From Pirellulales bacterium (GTDB lineage: Bacteria; Planctomycetota; Planctomycetia; Pirellulales; JAICIG01): DNA of 64,000 nt. A program made the position numbers and the translations under genes. Location: contig DASZPH010000107.1 in the NCBI GenBank assembly GCA_035550375.1, positions 23,245 to 87,244 on the forward strand. Reading direction: 5' to 3'. Position 1 is the first letter of the stretch. Every line of letters starts with the position of its first letter. Below the pieces are notes generated by a model. The model worked only from the letters and a program-made list of their open reading frames with translations, was not told the DNA's origin and did not search any database. Positions 54,877 through 64,000 of the stretch are shown here, one piece after another.

Positions 54877-56241
54877 GTGAGTTTCGCAACACGTCAGAGT
54901 CCCATAGGCCGGCGAACCTTTCTTCACGCCGGCGGAATTTCGGCCGTGGGCCTGGGTCTGTCCGGCCTGCTGGCAGACGAGCAGCGGTCTCGCCCGGACC
55001 GCCGTTCTGGCGGGACGGCCCGGTCGTGCATCATGCTCTACATGCTCGGTGGTCCGCCCCAGCAAGAGACGTTTGATTTGAAGCCCAAGGCGCCCGGCGC
55101 CGCACGAAGCCTCTTTGCGCCGATCGCGACAAGCGTGCCCGGCATCGAGATCTGCGAGCTTTTGCCGCGGCTAGCACGCCAGGCGCACCACCTTGCTATC
55201 GTGCGCTCGACCTATCATGGCGGTAACGCCCTGTTTCATGGCGCCGGAGTGCATTACAACCTGACCGGATGGCCCAATTCGCCGCGCGACGGCGAGCCTC
55301 TGCTCGATCGTCGAGATGCGCCCTCGATCGGCGCGGTCATCCATCAACTGGCGGGCAGCACCCGCGGGCTACCCCCCGCCGTTCAGCTTCCCATCTGGAT
55401 AACCCAGGACGGGCCGGGCAGAGAGTGGGCGGGCCAGCACGCTGGTTTTCTCGGCCATAAGCACGACCCGCTCGTCATGGCGTACGAGGGTGATAGCAAC
55501 CTGCCCGGCGTGCTCCCGCCCAGCTACGTCCGTGGGGCCGACGTCAGCTCCAGCCGCTTGCAGAGTCGGCTGGATCTCTCGTCCTTGCTGGCCCGGCCCG
55601 CGGTGGGCGACGGCAGCATCAGCGTGCAGGAATGGCGCAGCTATCAAGCGCAGGCGGTCGACATATTGAACTCAGGCAAATCGTGGCAAGCGTTCTCCGT
55701 CGAAGACGAAACGCCAGCGACGCGTCAGCGCTATGGTGAGGACCGCCTAGGCCGAAGTTGCTTGGTGGCCCGCCGCCTCGTCGAGGCGGGGGTGCGCCTT
55801 GTCACGGTCGTCTTCGGGGGCTGGGACACACACGCGAATCACGAGCAGCAGACGCGAGATGCTCTCCTGCCGCCACTGGATCGCGCCTTCGCAGCGCTCT
55901 TGGAAGACCTCCACGAACGGGGGTTATTGTCTGAGACGTTGGTTGCCTGGACAGGTGAATTCGGCCGTACGCCCTCGATGAATGTCAATCAACCGCCGGG
56001 ACGCGACCATTGGGCTCGTGTCTACAGCACGGTTCTGGCAGGCGGAGGCATTCGAGGCGGTCAAGTGCTGGGCAGCAGCGACAATCTGGCCGGCGAACCC
56101 AAAGACCATCCGGTCCACGTGAGCGACTTTGTCGCCACGATTTACCATGCCCTGGGATACGGCAGCGAGACCCAGGTCGTTGACATGTTCGGCCGGCGAC
56201 ATTTCATCGTGGCGGGCACTCCACTGCGTACGCTCTTTTGA
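54877..56241 (+). CDS. DUF1501 (sulfatase-fold) protein with a Tat leader, 454 aa from GTG 54877
   Basis: GRRTFLHAGGISAVGLGL, then CIMLYMLGGPPQQETFDLKP..., GWDTHANH, and TGEFGRTP...GRDHW, the typical DUF1501 signatures. The GTG start has GGAG 6 nt upstream. Confidence 0.8.
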   Translation: MSFATRQSPIGRRTFLHAGGISAVGLGLSGLLADEQRSRPDRRSGGTARSCIMLYMLGGPPQQETFDLKPKAPGAARSLFAPIATSVPGIEICELLPRLARQAHHLAIVRSTYHGGNALFHGAGVHYNLTGWPNSPRDGEPLLDRRDAPSIGAVIHQLAGSTRGLPPAVQLPIWITQDGPGREWAGQHAGFLGHKHDPLVMAYEGDSNLPGVLPPSYVRGADVSSSRLQSRLDLSSLLARPAVGDGSISVQEWRSYQAQAVDILNSGKSWQAFSVEDETPATRQRYGEDRLGRSCLVARRLVEAGVRLVTVVFGGWDTHANHEQQTRDALLPPLDRAFAALLEDLHERGLLSETLVAWTGEFGRTPSMNVNQPPGRDHWARVYSTVLAGGGIRGGQVLGSSDNLAGEPKDHPVHVSDFVATIYHALGYGSETQVVDMFGRRHFIVAGTPLRTLF

Positions 56242-56370
56242 ATCCGAGGTTGCGGCGTGCCTGAAAAGCCGTGCACACCGCCTGCACTCAGGCACACGCA
56301 CAACATGGTGCATCGCGCTCGACCGCCGCTTTGAACCGGTAGGCGCGATCAGGGTACCCTGGGAAGGCAC

Positions 56371-57711
56371 ATGACTTTCTCTCCCATGTCGGACGATGTT
56401 CGCCCGCCGAATGCCGAGGTCGGCGAAGACGGGCCCGCGCCCGACGGCGCGCGCCCCGCCGACGTTTCGCGGCTGCGTGACCTCTCTTCGCAGCAGCTCA
56501 AATCGGGCCTTGCGGCCTGGCTGGGCTGGCTCTTCGACGGTCTGGACATGCACCTGTATGTGCTGATTGCCGCCCCGTTCGTGGCGGAACTGCTGGGAGC
56601 GTCGAGTCAACAAGACCCGCAGGTGGGCTATTACAGCTCCTGGATTCAAGCGGCGTTCCTCATCGGTTGGGCACTCGGGGGCGGATTCTTCGGTCAGGTC
56701 GCCGACCGGATGGGGCGCAGCCGCGGGTTGATGCTGACGATTCTCACCTACGCGCTTTTTACGGGACTCTCGTTCTTTGCCCAGACCTGGTGGCAGTTGC
56801 TCGTGTTCCGGTTTTTGGCCGCGCTGGGAATCGGCGGCGAATGGGCCGTCGGCGCCTCTCTGATCTCCGAGACGTGGCCTCGCCGCTGGCGTCCGTGGAT
56901 GGCGGCTGTTCTGCAAACGGGCGTGAATTGCGGAGTGATGCTCGCCGGCCTGGCCAACTTCCTTCTGGCAGACTTCCCCAAGCGTTCGGTCTTTCTGGTC
57001 GGCGTGCTGCCAGCATTTTTGGTTTTGTGGATCCGCAGCTCGGTGCCGGAGCCGGAAGAGTGGCATTTGGCAAAGAGCCAGGCGTCGGACGCCGCGCCCC
57101 GCTTTTCGGACCTCTTTCACGGCCCTGTTCTTCGCACCACCTTGTTGACGCTTGTCGTCTGCGCGCTGTCGCTGACGGCCCATTGGGCGTTCTTGTTTTG
57201 GCACTTGCAACAACTGCGAAACCTGCCCGACATCAGCGATTGGACCGACGCTCAGAAAAGCCAACTCGTCAGCGAGGTCATCTGGCTGGTTATGGTGGCG
57301 TCGATCGCGGGCAATTTTCTGGCGGGATTCATCGCACGCTGGCTTAAATATCGGTGGGCGATCGCCGGGCTCTGCCTGGCCTACTTTCTCTCGATGTTTG
57401 CCACGTATTGTGTCCCCCGTGATCATGAGTCTCTCTGGTACGGCTTTGCCGCCATCGGTCTCTGCCAGGGCGTGTTCGCCCTGTTCACGATGTATCTGCC
57501 GCCGCTCTTTCCCACTCTGTTGCGGACGACGGGAGCCGGTTTTTGCTACAACTTCGGCCGCGTCGCCGCCGGCCTGGGGACGGTTTTCTTTGGTCTTTTC
57601 TCGAAGGTTGGAGATCATCGCCTGGCGCTGCTTTACGCCGGCTTCTTGTTCCTTCCGGCGGCAGCGATCGCTTGTCTGCTTCCTGAGCCACCGGACGAAA
57701 GCGTCGGGTGA
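56371..57711 (+). CDS. MFS transporter, 446 aa
   Basis: About 12 TM segments. The MFS loop motif is G.FGQVADRMGRSRGL, and the second half begins after the central loop. The substrate is unknown. Confidence 0.75.
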   Translation: MTFSPMSDDVRPPNAEVGEDGPAPDGARPADVSRLRDLSSQQLKSGLAAWLGWLFDGLDMHLYVLIAAPFVAELLGASSQQDPQVGYYSSWIQAAFLIGWALGGGFFGQVADRMGRSRGLMLTILTYALFTGLSFFAQTWWQLLVFRFLAALGIGGEWAVGASLISETWPRRWRPWMAAVLQTGVNCGVMLAGLANFLLADFPKRSVFLVGVLPAFLVLWIRSSVPEPEEWHLAKSQASDAAPRFSDLFHGPVLRTTLLTLVVCALSLTAHWAFLFWHLQQLRNLPDISDWTDAQKSQLVSEVIWLVMVASIAGNFLAGFIARWLKYRWAIAGLCLAYFLSMFATYCVPRDHESLWYGFAAIGLCQGVFALFTMYLPPLFPTLLRTTGAGFCYNFGRVAAGLGTVFFGLFSKVGDHRLALLYAGFLFLPAAAIACLLPEPPDESVG

Positions 57712-57854
57712 AGGCCCTTGCCGTTCGTTTTTCGCTCCGGGCGCGGATGAGCGTCCGGCGGCAAAGTCGTCTTTCGCTCTGCGAAAGGCGACGAAGGGTA
57801 GGCGGTGATCCGATCGCATATCGCGGATCGAGAGGAACAAGTTAGACTATCCGC

Positions 57855-59657
57855 ATGTTTCTTATCCATCTCACGGCCGCCCTGTTCGCCGCGACGGCGC
57901 CTGCCGATGTCACGGTAACCATCGACACCCCCATGCCGCCTCCGGCCTGGGCCTTGCTCGAACGCGAGTTGCTCGTGGCCAACACGCGTGCCTGCGAGGA
58001 ATTCTTCTCTCGCTATTTCGATGAGCGAGGTTACCTGCAGTGCGTCGAGCGCTGGGGAGGTGACGACGGTCCCGACGACGCCATCGAAAATGTCAATGAT
58101 TGGCCCCTGCTGCACGCTCTCGGCGCGCCGGACACCATCCTCCATCTGTATGGAAAAGCCTGGGAAGGGCACCTGCGTCAGTACACCGAGGCGCGCACGC
58201 GAGACGTCGAGTTCGCCCGTGACGGCATGTACTACAAAGAGTTCCCCGTTATGTTCGACTGGCTGCACAACGGGGAAGGCCTGACGGTCTTCAACCTGCA
58301 AGGTTTGAGCGACCCCAACGACATTCGGTTCCAACAGCGCGTGCGTCGCTATGCCGGCTTCTATATGAATGAAGATGCCGGCGCGGCGAATTACGATCCG
58401 GAGCACCACATCATCCGCAGCCTGTTCAACGGCAGTCGAGGCCCGCTGTTGCGAAAAGCCACAGCACTCGACTGGGCTGGCGACCCGATCGAAGTCGACG
58501 GGAGGTTTCGTCTCGGACATGGCGAGCGCAGCTACGCCGAAATGCTGGCCCACTTCAAAGACTACACCGACATCCTCGGTGACCATCCGCAGAACCTGCT
58601 CGCCACGTCGCTCGCGCTGAACGCTTACATGCTGGCGCACGAGCCGAAGTACCGACGATGGCTGCTCGAATACGTCGATGCCTGGGCCGACCGCGCGGAG
58701 GCCAACGGCGGCATCCTGCCCAGCAACGTCGGCCGCGACGGCTCGATCGGCGGCGAATGCGGCGGCCGTTGGCACGGCGGCGTTTATGGCTGGGGCTTTA
58801 CGGTGGTCGACCCGGTCACGCAAAAACAGGTCGACCGAAACACGACGCACCTGGCGATCACAGGTTTCGGCAACGCGCTCTTGTTGACGGGCGACCAGCG
58901 CTACGTCGACGTCTGGCGGCGGCAGATTGAGGCGGTCAATTCCCACGCCAAGCAGATTGACGGCCGCACGCATTATCCGCGCATGCACGGCGACCAGGGC
59001 TGGTACGCCTACGAGCCCGATAAATACTCGCGAGGAGCAACGGAGGTCTACTACTGGTCGATGGATCGGGCGGACCGGGGGCGCGTGGCGTCGTCGGGCT
59101 GGCTCGATTATCTGGAAGGCGCCCGGCCACGGTTTCCGGTCGAAGCGCTCGAGCGCGATTTCGAGACGGTCCGTCGCAAGGTGGCCGGACAGCGCGCCGA
59201 CGCCAGCACGCCCGATACCCGGCTGGCCGACGACCCGATGCAGTACAACCCGGCGACGGTGGAAACGCTCGTCAATTTGACCTTGGGCGGGCTGCACCCC
59301 GGGCATCAAGGTTCGCCGTTGCACTGCCGGGTGCGATACTTCGATCCCCTGCGTAGGCGCGTGGGGCTTCCTGACGACGTGGCCGCGCTCGTCGAGAAAC
59401 TGACGGCCGACGGCACGGTGTTGACGCTGGTTAACGTCAATCAATCGCAGCCCCGCACGGTGATCGTCCAGGGGGGCGCTTACGGCGAGCACCAATTTCT
59501 TCAACTTGAGTGTGCCGGCAAGAACGTGGCCATCCACAACAACCAGTTTGCCGTCACGATTGCCCCCGGCGCCGGCGGTCGCCTGACGGTGGCGATGCGC
59601 CGCTACGCAAACCGGCCCACGCTCTCGGCCCCGTACGAGCGGCGATCGGAGCCATGA
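57855..59657 (+). CDS. Hypothetical secreted 600-aa protein (unknown family; possibly an alpha/alpha-barrel carbohydrate-active enzyme)
   Basis: Signal peptide MFLIHLTAALFAATAPA. Trp/Tyr/His-rich soluble body (GGRWHGGVYGWGF, DQGWYAYEPDKY). Coding-like composition. Its stop overlaps the next gene's start (ATGA). Confidence 0.6.
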   Translation: MFLIHLTAALFAATAPADVTVTIDTPMPPPAWALLERELLVANTRACEEFFSRYFDERGYLQCVERWGGDDGPDDAIENVNDWPLLHALGAPDTILHLYGKAWEGHLRQYTEARTRDVEFARDGMYYKEFPVMFDWLHNGEGLTVFNLQGLSDPNDIRFQQRVRRYAGFYMNEDAGAANYDPEHHIIRSLFNGSRGPLLRKATALDWAGDPIEVDGRFRLGHGERSYAEMLAHFKDYTDILGDHPQNLLATSLALNAYMLAHEPKYRRWLLEYVDAWADRAEANGGILPSNVGRDGSIGGECGGRWHGGVYGWGFTVVDPVTQKQVDRNTTHLAITGFGNALLLTGDQRYVDVWRRQIEAVNSHAKQIDGRTHYPRMHGDQGWYAYEPDKYSRGATEVYYWSMDRADRGRVASSGWLDYLEGARPRFPVEALERDFETVRRKVAGQRADASTPDTRLADDPMQYNPATVETLVNLTLGGLHPGHQGSPLHCRVRYFDPLRRRVGLPDDVAALVEKLTADGTVLTLVNVNQSQPRTVIVQGGAYGEHQFLQLECAGKNVAIHNNQFAVTIAPGAGGRLTVAMRRYANRPTLSAPYERRSEP

Positions 59658-60913
59658 CGCCGTACACGCCGCCGTGGATCTTTGGCCTGACGAACCTGCC
59701 GTTTGGAGTCGCCGGCACCTATGCGGGTGTTGCGATGCCGTTTTTGTTGCGCGACGCGGGCGTGCCCGTTGACAAGATCGCGCTGCTCGAAGCGATCGCC
59801 TTTTTGCCGGCGGCGTACCAGCTTTTCTGGGCCCCGGTTCTCGATCTGGCGATGCGAAGGCGAACCTGGCTTGTGCTCTGCGCAACGAGTGGCTCTCTCT
59901 GCCTCGGCGGCACGCTGCTGGTCAAGTTGCCCGAGCAACTCCTGGCGTATGAGATTTTAATGGTTGCCGGTCAGGCGTTGGTCGGCTTGGTGGCTTCCTG
60001 CAATGGCGCACTGGTGGCGACCACCGTCGACCCGCGCCTGCTCGGCCGGGCGGCCGGCTGGGTGAACGCCGCGAACCTCGGCGCGTCCGCCCTGGGCGGG
60101 GGACTTGTGCTTACGTTGACCACACAGGTATCGTTCGCCGCGGCATCGCTGGCGCTGGTCTTGATGACCTCCCTGCCGTCTCTGGCGGCGTTCTCGATCG
60201 CCGAGGATCCCCCCGCCGCGGACAGGCTCGGGCGGCATCTGGCGCAGGTAACTCGCCAGGTCTGCAGCGCGGTCCGCTCGCGCCGGGGGTGGACGGGGCT
60301 CCTCTTCTGCATGTCGCCGGTCGGGACGGCGGCGCTCAGCAATCTGTTTTCGGCCCTGGGAAGGGATTTTGGCGCATCCGACGCCGTCGTAGCGTGGGTG
60401 ACCGGCTACTTCGGCGGACTGGCGACGGCCGTGGGGGCGCTTGCCGGCGGATTCATGCTTGATCGACTGCCCGACCGCCGCAATCTGTATCTTGCCGGCG
60501 GCCTTTGTACTGCCGCCTGTGCCGCGGGCATGGCCGTGGCACCTCTTCGCCCTGAGACGTTCGTCGTCGGGTCGCTGGCCTATCTATTTGTGGCGGGGAT
60601 AGCCTACGCAGCGTTCTCGGCCGTGGTCTACGAAATCGTGGGCCCGGCCGGAAGCGCGGCTGCCACGCTCTACTCGGTCTTTCCGGCCGCGGGAAACCAG
60701 GCGATCGCCTACACGCTGCTTCTGGACGGCGCCGCCCAGCACGCATGGAAGACGCGCGGCACGCTCTGGACCGACGCCGCCTTGAACGCCGGGGGCGCCA
60801 TGCTTCTGCTGCTCCTTGTCCGCGCCGTCTTCTCGGACAGGCAGACGGCGGAAACCGCGCCGACCGGGGCAAGTGAAGAAACGGGCAAGCTCGAGATCGG
60901 CTCCGTGACCTGA
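59654..60913 (+). CDS. AmpG/PAT-family MFS permease-like protein (419 aa from ATG 59654)
   Basis: WIFGLTNLPFGVAGTYAGVAMPFLLRDAGV...FLPAAYQLFWAPVLD parallels the AmpG N-terminus (LGFSSGLP...FLWSPLMD). About 12 TM segments. Confidence 0.6.
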   Translation: MTPYTPPWIFGLTNLPFGVAGTYAGVAMPFLLRDAGVPVDKIALLEAIAFLPAAYQLFWAPVLDLAMRRRTWLVLCATSGSLCLGGTLLVKLPEQLLAYEILMVAGQALVGLVASCNGALVATTVDPRLLGRAAGWVNAANLGASALGGGLVLTLTTQVSFAAASLALVLMTSLPSLAAFSIAEDPPAADRLGRHLAQVTRQVCSAVRSRRGWTGLLFCMSPVGTAALSNLFSALGRDFGASDAVVAWVTGYFGGLATAVGALAGGFMLDRLPDRRNLYLAGGLCTAACAAGMAVAPLRPETFVVGSLAYLFVAGIAYAAFSAVVYEIVGPAGSAAATLYSVFPAAGNQAIAYTLLLDGAAQHAWKTRGTLWTDAALNAGGAMLLLLLVRAVFSDRQTAETAPTGASEETGKLEIGSVT

Positions 60914-60922
60914 GGCCGCCAG

Positions 60923-61951
60923 ATGGAAGTTCAAACCGTACTCGGTCCGGTGCCCCCGCACGAACTGGGAATTTCGCTCGTCCATGAGCACTTGCTGCTC
61001 GGCCTGGCATGTTGGTTCGAGGCGCCGATCAACCCGGCCCGACAATACCTGGTCGATGCCACGGTTACGGCCTCGTTGCGCGGCTTGCTCGCCAGCGACC
61101 CCTACCACTGCCGCGACAACCTGATTTTGAACGACGCGGGGCTCGCCGTCGACGAGCTGCAACATTTCTCGAAGATGGGCGGACGAACGGTGGTCGATCT
61201 CACCACGCGCAGCATCGGCCCGTTCCCCGGCCAACTGGCCGAAATCGCCCGCGCCAGCGGTTTGAATATCGTGGCGGGCACCGGCTTCTACGTTGCTCGA
61301 TCGCATCCCGACTGGGTCGCCCGCGCACCCGTCGAACAACTGGCCGACTTTATGCTCCAGGAGGTGCTGATCGGCATCGACAACACGCCGGTTCGCGCCG
61401 GCATCATCGGCGAAATCGGCACCAGTTCACCGATGACGGCCGACGAAGTGAAGGTGCTGCGTGCGGCGGCGATCGTACAGCGTCAGACCGGCCTGGCGGT
61501 TAACGTCCACCTGCCCATCTTTCATCGCGAAGGACACAACGTTCTCGATCTGCTCGATAAGGCCGGGGCGGACCTGGGACGAGTGGTGCTCAGTCACCTC
61601 GACGAGTCGATGGACGCCGACTACATTCGTTCGCTGGCCGGGCGTGGCGCGATGGTGGAGCTCGACACGTTCGGCTCGGAGTTTTCCTTCGACGAATCGG
61701 GCGAGCACGAGCCCTCGGATTGGGAACGCATCCGACTCCTGCTGGAGCTGCTCGACGCCGGGCTGGCCGACAGGTTGCTCCTCTCACACGACGTCTGCAA
61801 CAAGATTCACCTGTTGCGCTACGGCGGCTATGGCTACGCACATCTCTTGCGCACGATCGTTCCCCGCCTTAAGGCCCGCGGAATTGATAACCCGACCATC
61901 GACCGCATCCTTATCAAGAATCCCGCTCGGATGCTGAGCGGAGAAGAATGA
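60923..61951 (+). CDS. Phosphotriesterase-related protein (PTE/PHP family amidohydrolase, lactonase-like)
   Basis: ISLVHEHLL (the HxH metal site), GIIGEIGTS, VNVHLP, VLSHLD, DTFG, SHDV. The order and spacing match the PTE TIM-barrel family. Confidence 0.8.
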   Translation: MEVQTVLGPVPPHELGISLVHEHLLLGLACWFEAPINPARQYLVDATVTASLRGLLASDPYHCRDNLILNDAGLAVDELQHFSKMGGRTVVDLTTRSIGPFPGQLAEIARASGLNIVAGTGFYVARSHPDWVARAPVEQLADFMLQEVLIGIDNTPVRAGIIGEIGTSSPMTADEVKVLRAAAIVQRQTGLAVNVHLPIFHREGHNVLDLLDKAGADLGRVVLSHLDESMDADYIRSLAGRGAMVELDTFGSEFSFDESGEHEPSDWERIRLLLELLDAGLADRLLLSHDVCNKIHLLRYGGYGYAHLLRTIVPRLKARGIDNPTIDRILIKNPARMLSGEE

Positions 61952-63612
61952 TGTTCAGCGTGCTGTTAACGACAACGGCTCTTCTTGCGCCGTCGGCCGC
62001 GGAAGACGTCGACGCGCCAGCCCGAAAAATCATCGCCGAGCACGCCGAGCGGATTCAGCCCCTGGAAGTCGAAGCCGCCCGCCGCTTCTGGGACGCCAAC
62101 GTCAGCGGTTCGGCGGACGCCTACCGCTTGAAGGACGAGGCCGATGATCGGCTCGACACGGCGCTGGCCGACCGTGCATGGTTTGAGCGGCTGAAGCGGT
62201 GTCATGAGTCGAGGCCGGCCGATCTGCTCCTGGCGCGGCAGATCGAGTTGCTCTACTGGCAGGCGCTTCCCAAGCAGGTCGATCGCGAACTGCTCAAGCA
62301 GCTTACCACCCGGGCCAACGGCATCGAGATGCGATTCAACGCCTTTCGCGCCCGAGTCGGCGACGAACAACTGACCACCAGCGACGTCCGCCGGGTGCTG
62401 AGCTCGTCGACCAACTCGACTCGGCGGCGGGAGGTGTGGGAGGCGAGCAAGGTGTTGGGAAGCGAGCTTGCCCCCGAGCTGCTGGCGTTGGTCAGGCTGC
62501 GCAACCGAGCCGCTCGGCGGCTCGGCTTCGCAGACTATCACACGATGCAACTTGAGTTGAACGAGCAGCCGCCGGACAAGTTGTCGCGGCTCTTCGACCA
62601 TCTCGACGCCCTGACTCGTGAGCCGTTTCTGAAAGCAAAGCATAACATCGACGCCCGGCTGGCGGATCAACGCGGGGTGGCGGCGGACGAGTTGAAGCCC
62701 TGGCACTACGACGATCTGTTCTTTCGCGATGCGCCGCGGTCGGCGTCGGTTCACGTCGACCATCTTTACGCCGGGGCGGACATCGTCGATCTGTGTCGCA
62801 GGTTTTACGCCGGCATCGGTCTGCCCGTCGACGACGTGCTGGCCCAGAGCGACCTTTACGAGAAGCCGGGCAAGCACCCTTCGGCCTTCTGTCTCGACCT
62901 CGATCGTGCGGGCGACGTGCGGGTGCTGGCCAATGTGGTGCCTACCGACTACTGGATGTCGACCATGCTGCACGAGATGGGGCACGCCGTCTACAGCAGT
63001 CGGAACATGCCCCGCGAGCTTCCCTACCTCGTGCGCTGCGAATCGCACCTGCTAACAACCGAGGGGCTGGCGATCCTGTTCGAGCGGTTCTCCACCAGCG
63101 CCGAATGGCTGGAACGAATGGGGGTGACGCTGGAAGATGCTGAGGCGTTTCGCGCGGCCACGAGGCAAGCTCGCCGCTATCGGCTGCTCGTCTTTTCTCG
63201 TTTGTCGCAGGTGATCTTCCGGTTCGAGCGTGAACTCTATCGCGACCCCGACCAGGACCTGAACCGGCTCTGGTGGGAGCTCGTTGAAAAATACCAGGGA
63301 CTGAGGCGGCCCAAAGACCGAGACGAGCCGGATTACGCCAGCCAGCTTCATATCGCCACGGCCCCGGCCTATTTCCACAACTACCTGCTGGGCGAGCTGT
63401 TCGCTTGCCAGTTACACGAGGCCGTTTGTCGAGATGCTCTCCGCGGAAGCGATCCGCAAACGGCCTCTTATGTGGGCCGTCGGGAGGTGGGCGACTATCT
63501 GCGCGAGCGGGTCTTTTCGGCAGGCCGTCGTTTGAACTGGAATGAGCTCGCGAAGTTTGCTACGGGCGAGGAGCTAACCGCCCGGGCGTTCGCCCGGGAC
63601 ATCGGCGAATAG
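61948..63612 (+). CDS. Secreted gluzincin metallopeptidase (HEMGH; M2/M3-like peptidyl-dipeptidase or oligopeptidase)
   Basis: Signal peptide MMFSVLLTTTALLAPSAA. Zinc motif MLHEMGHAVY with a downstream Glu candidate (TTEGLAILFE). The N-terminal helical region FWDANVSG resembles ACE-like M2 enzymes. Its start overlaps the PTE stop (ATGA). Confidence 0.65.
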   Translation: MMFSVLLTTTALLAPSAAEDVDAPARKIIAEHAERIQPLEVEAARRFWDANVSGSADAYRLKDEADDRLDTALADRAWFERLKRCHESRPADLLLARQIELLYWQALPKQVDRELLKQLTTRANGIEMRFNAFRARVGDEQLTTSDVRRVLSSSTNSTRRREVWEASKVLGSELAPELLALVRLRNRAARRLGFADYHTMQLELNEQPPDKLSRLFDHLDALTREPFLKAKHNIDARLADQRGVAADELKPWHYDDLFFRDAPRSASVHVDHLYAGADIVDLCRRFYAGIGLPVDDVLAQSDLYEKPGKHPSAFCLDLDRAGDVRVLANVVPTDYWMSTMLHEMGHAVYSSRNMPRELPYLVRCESHLLTTEGLAILFERFSTSAEWLERMGVTLEDAEAFRAATRQARRYRLLVFSRLSQVIFRFERELYRDPDQDLNRLWWELVEKYQGLRRPKDRDEPDYASQLHIATAPAYFHNYLLGELFACQLHEAVCRDALRGSDPQTASYVGRREVGDYLRERVFSAGRRLNWNELAKFATGEELTARAFARDIGE

Positions 63613-63633
63613 CGGTGGGGCTGAATCGCGGAG

Positions 63634-64000
63634 TTACCGCACAATCTCGCAGTTGGTCAGCGCCTTGGCCAGTTTCTGGCAGCCGGCGTCCGTCACCTGC
63701 ACGCCGCGTAAGTCGAGACGCTTGAGGCTCGTGAGTTTGACCAGCGCCGTCAGCCCCGCGTCGGTCACGCCTGACTCGCGCAGGTCAAGCTCTTCCAACG
63801 CCGTCTGGCCGCTGAGCAAAGCGAGTCCGGCATCGGTCAACCTTGTTGCCGGCGTCGTAGCGGTCCCGGACGCGGTGCTGCCAAACCGGCCGCGGGCGTG
63901 CAGGCGTTTTTGCTGATTCCTAACCACACCGGTGCCGATGCTACGGCGTGTACGAATCGTCTTCCTCAGGGCCTCTTTCAGCGACGCGTCGGACGCGCCA
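63634..64000 (-). CDS. Leucine-rich-repeat protein, C-terminal part (the frame stays open to the window edge)
   Basis: ...RLTDAGLALLSGQTALEELDLRESGVTDAGLTALVKLTSLKRLDLRGVQVTDAGCQKLAKALTNCEI is the planctomycete-type LRR (L..L.L....VTDAGL). My translation upstream of the track's GTG (63927) meets no stop before 64000. Confidence 0.6.
   Translation of the reverse strand, partial: GASDASLKEALRKTIRTRRSIGTGVVRNQQKRLHARGRFGSTASGTATTPATRLTDAGLALLSGQTALEELDLRESGVTDAGLTALVKLTSLKRLDLRGVQVTDAGCQKLAKALTNCEIVR

Noticed and set aside
51514-59885. Very long minus-strand ORFs (51514..52509, 53307..54635, 55924..57840, 57633..59885)
   Set aside because: Each lies antisense to a plus-strand gene with clear family motifs (GGDEF, enolase superfamily, DUF1501/MFS, the secreted 600-aa protein). 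Their products are Arg/Pro/Gly/Ala-rich with no domains, so they are high-GC artefacts.

Overview
High-GC (roughly 60-65% by eye) chromosomal window. The gene content and motifs look like Planctomycetota: a PVC-type CxxCH heme-binding/HEAT protein, DUF1501, a PEP-CTERM tail, dockerin-like modules, a giant multidomain ORF, and LEER-type N-termini. I support about 40 protein-coding genes and found no rRNA, tRNA, CRISPR array or intact mobile element. One 16.6-kb gene on the minus strand (17379..33962) dominates the window. It encodes a ~5,527-aa modular surface-type protein with these parts: DUF11/CARDB-like arrays, a transglutaminase-like core, an LVIVD propeller, a beta-helix, LamG, a second propeller, cadherin-like plus PKD modules, and DUF4214 repeats. 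The other genes are mostly housekeeping or accessory metabolism:
- a malic enzyme-alsD-alsS operon
- a bicupin/cytochrome c peroxidase/Dps cluster
- an orphan dnaE2
- fabH, folD and typA
- a GT2/unknown/GT-C glycosylation trio
- an NRAMP transporter
- a GGDEF-PilZ fusion
- a long co-directional cluster from 53043 to 63612 (YaeQ-like, Tat-signal enolase-superfamily enzyme, DUF1501, two MFS permeases, an unknown secreted 600-aa protein, a PTE-like hydrolase and a zinc peptidase).
The observations most worth follow-up are:
- an N-terminal basic stretch followed by a LEER motif, at identical residue positions in the two largest secreted proteins, neither of which has a hydrophobic signal peptide
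- a Ser at the expected Cys nucleophile position of the transglutaminase-like core, plus a low-GC hydrophobic/Lys-rich island inside the giant gene
- a dockerin-bearing propeller protein next to a cohesin-like PEP-CTERM protein
- the GT2-toroid-GT-C trio
- a small Cys-rich ORF with a strong promoter and SD inside an unusually long gene-free gap.
I see no clear-cut complete novel system. All family names come from my own motif reading of the translations, with no database search. The ORF track translates GTG/TTG starts as M, and I revised several start codons accordingly.
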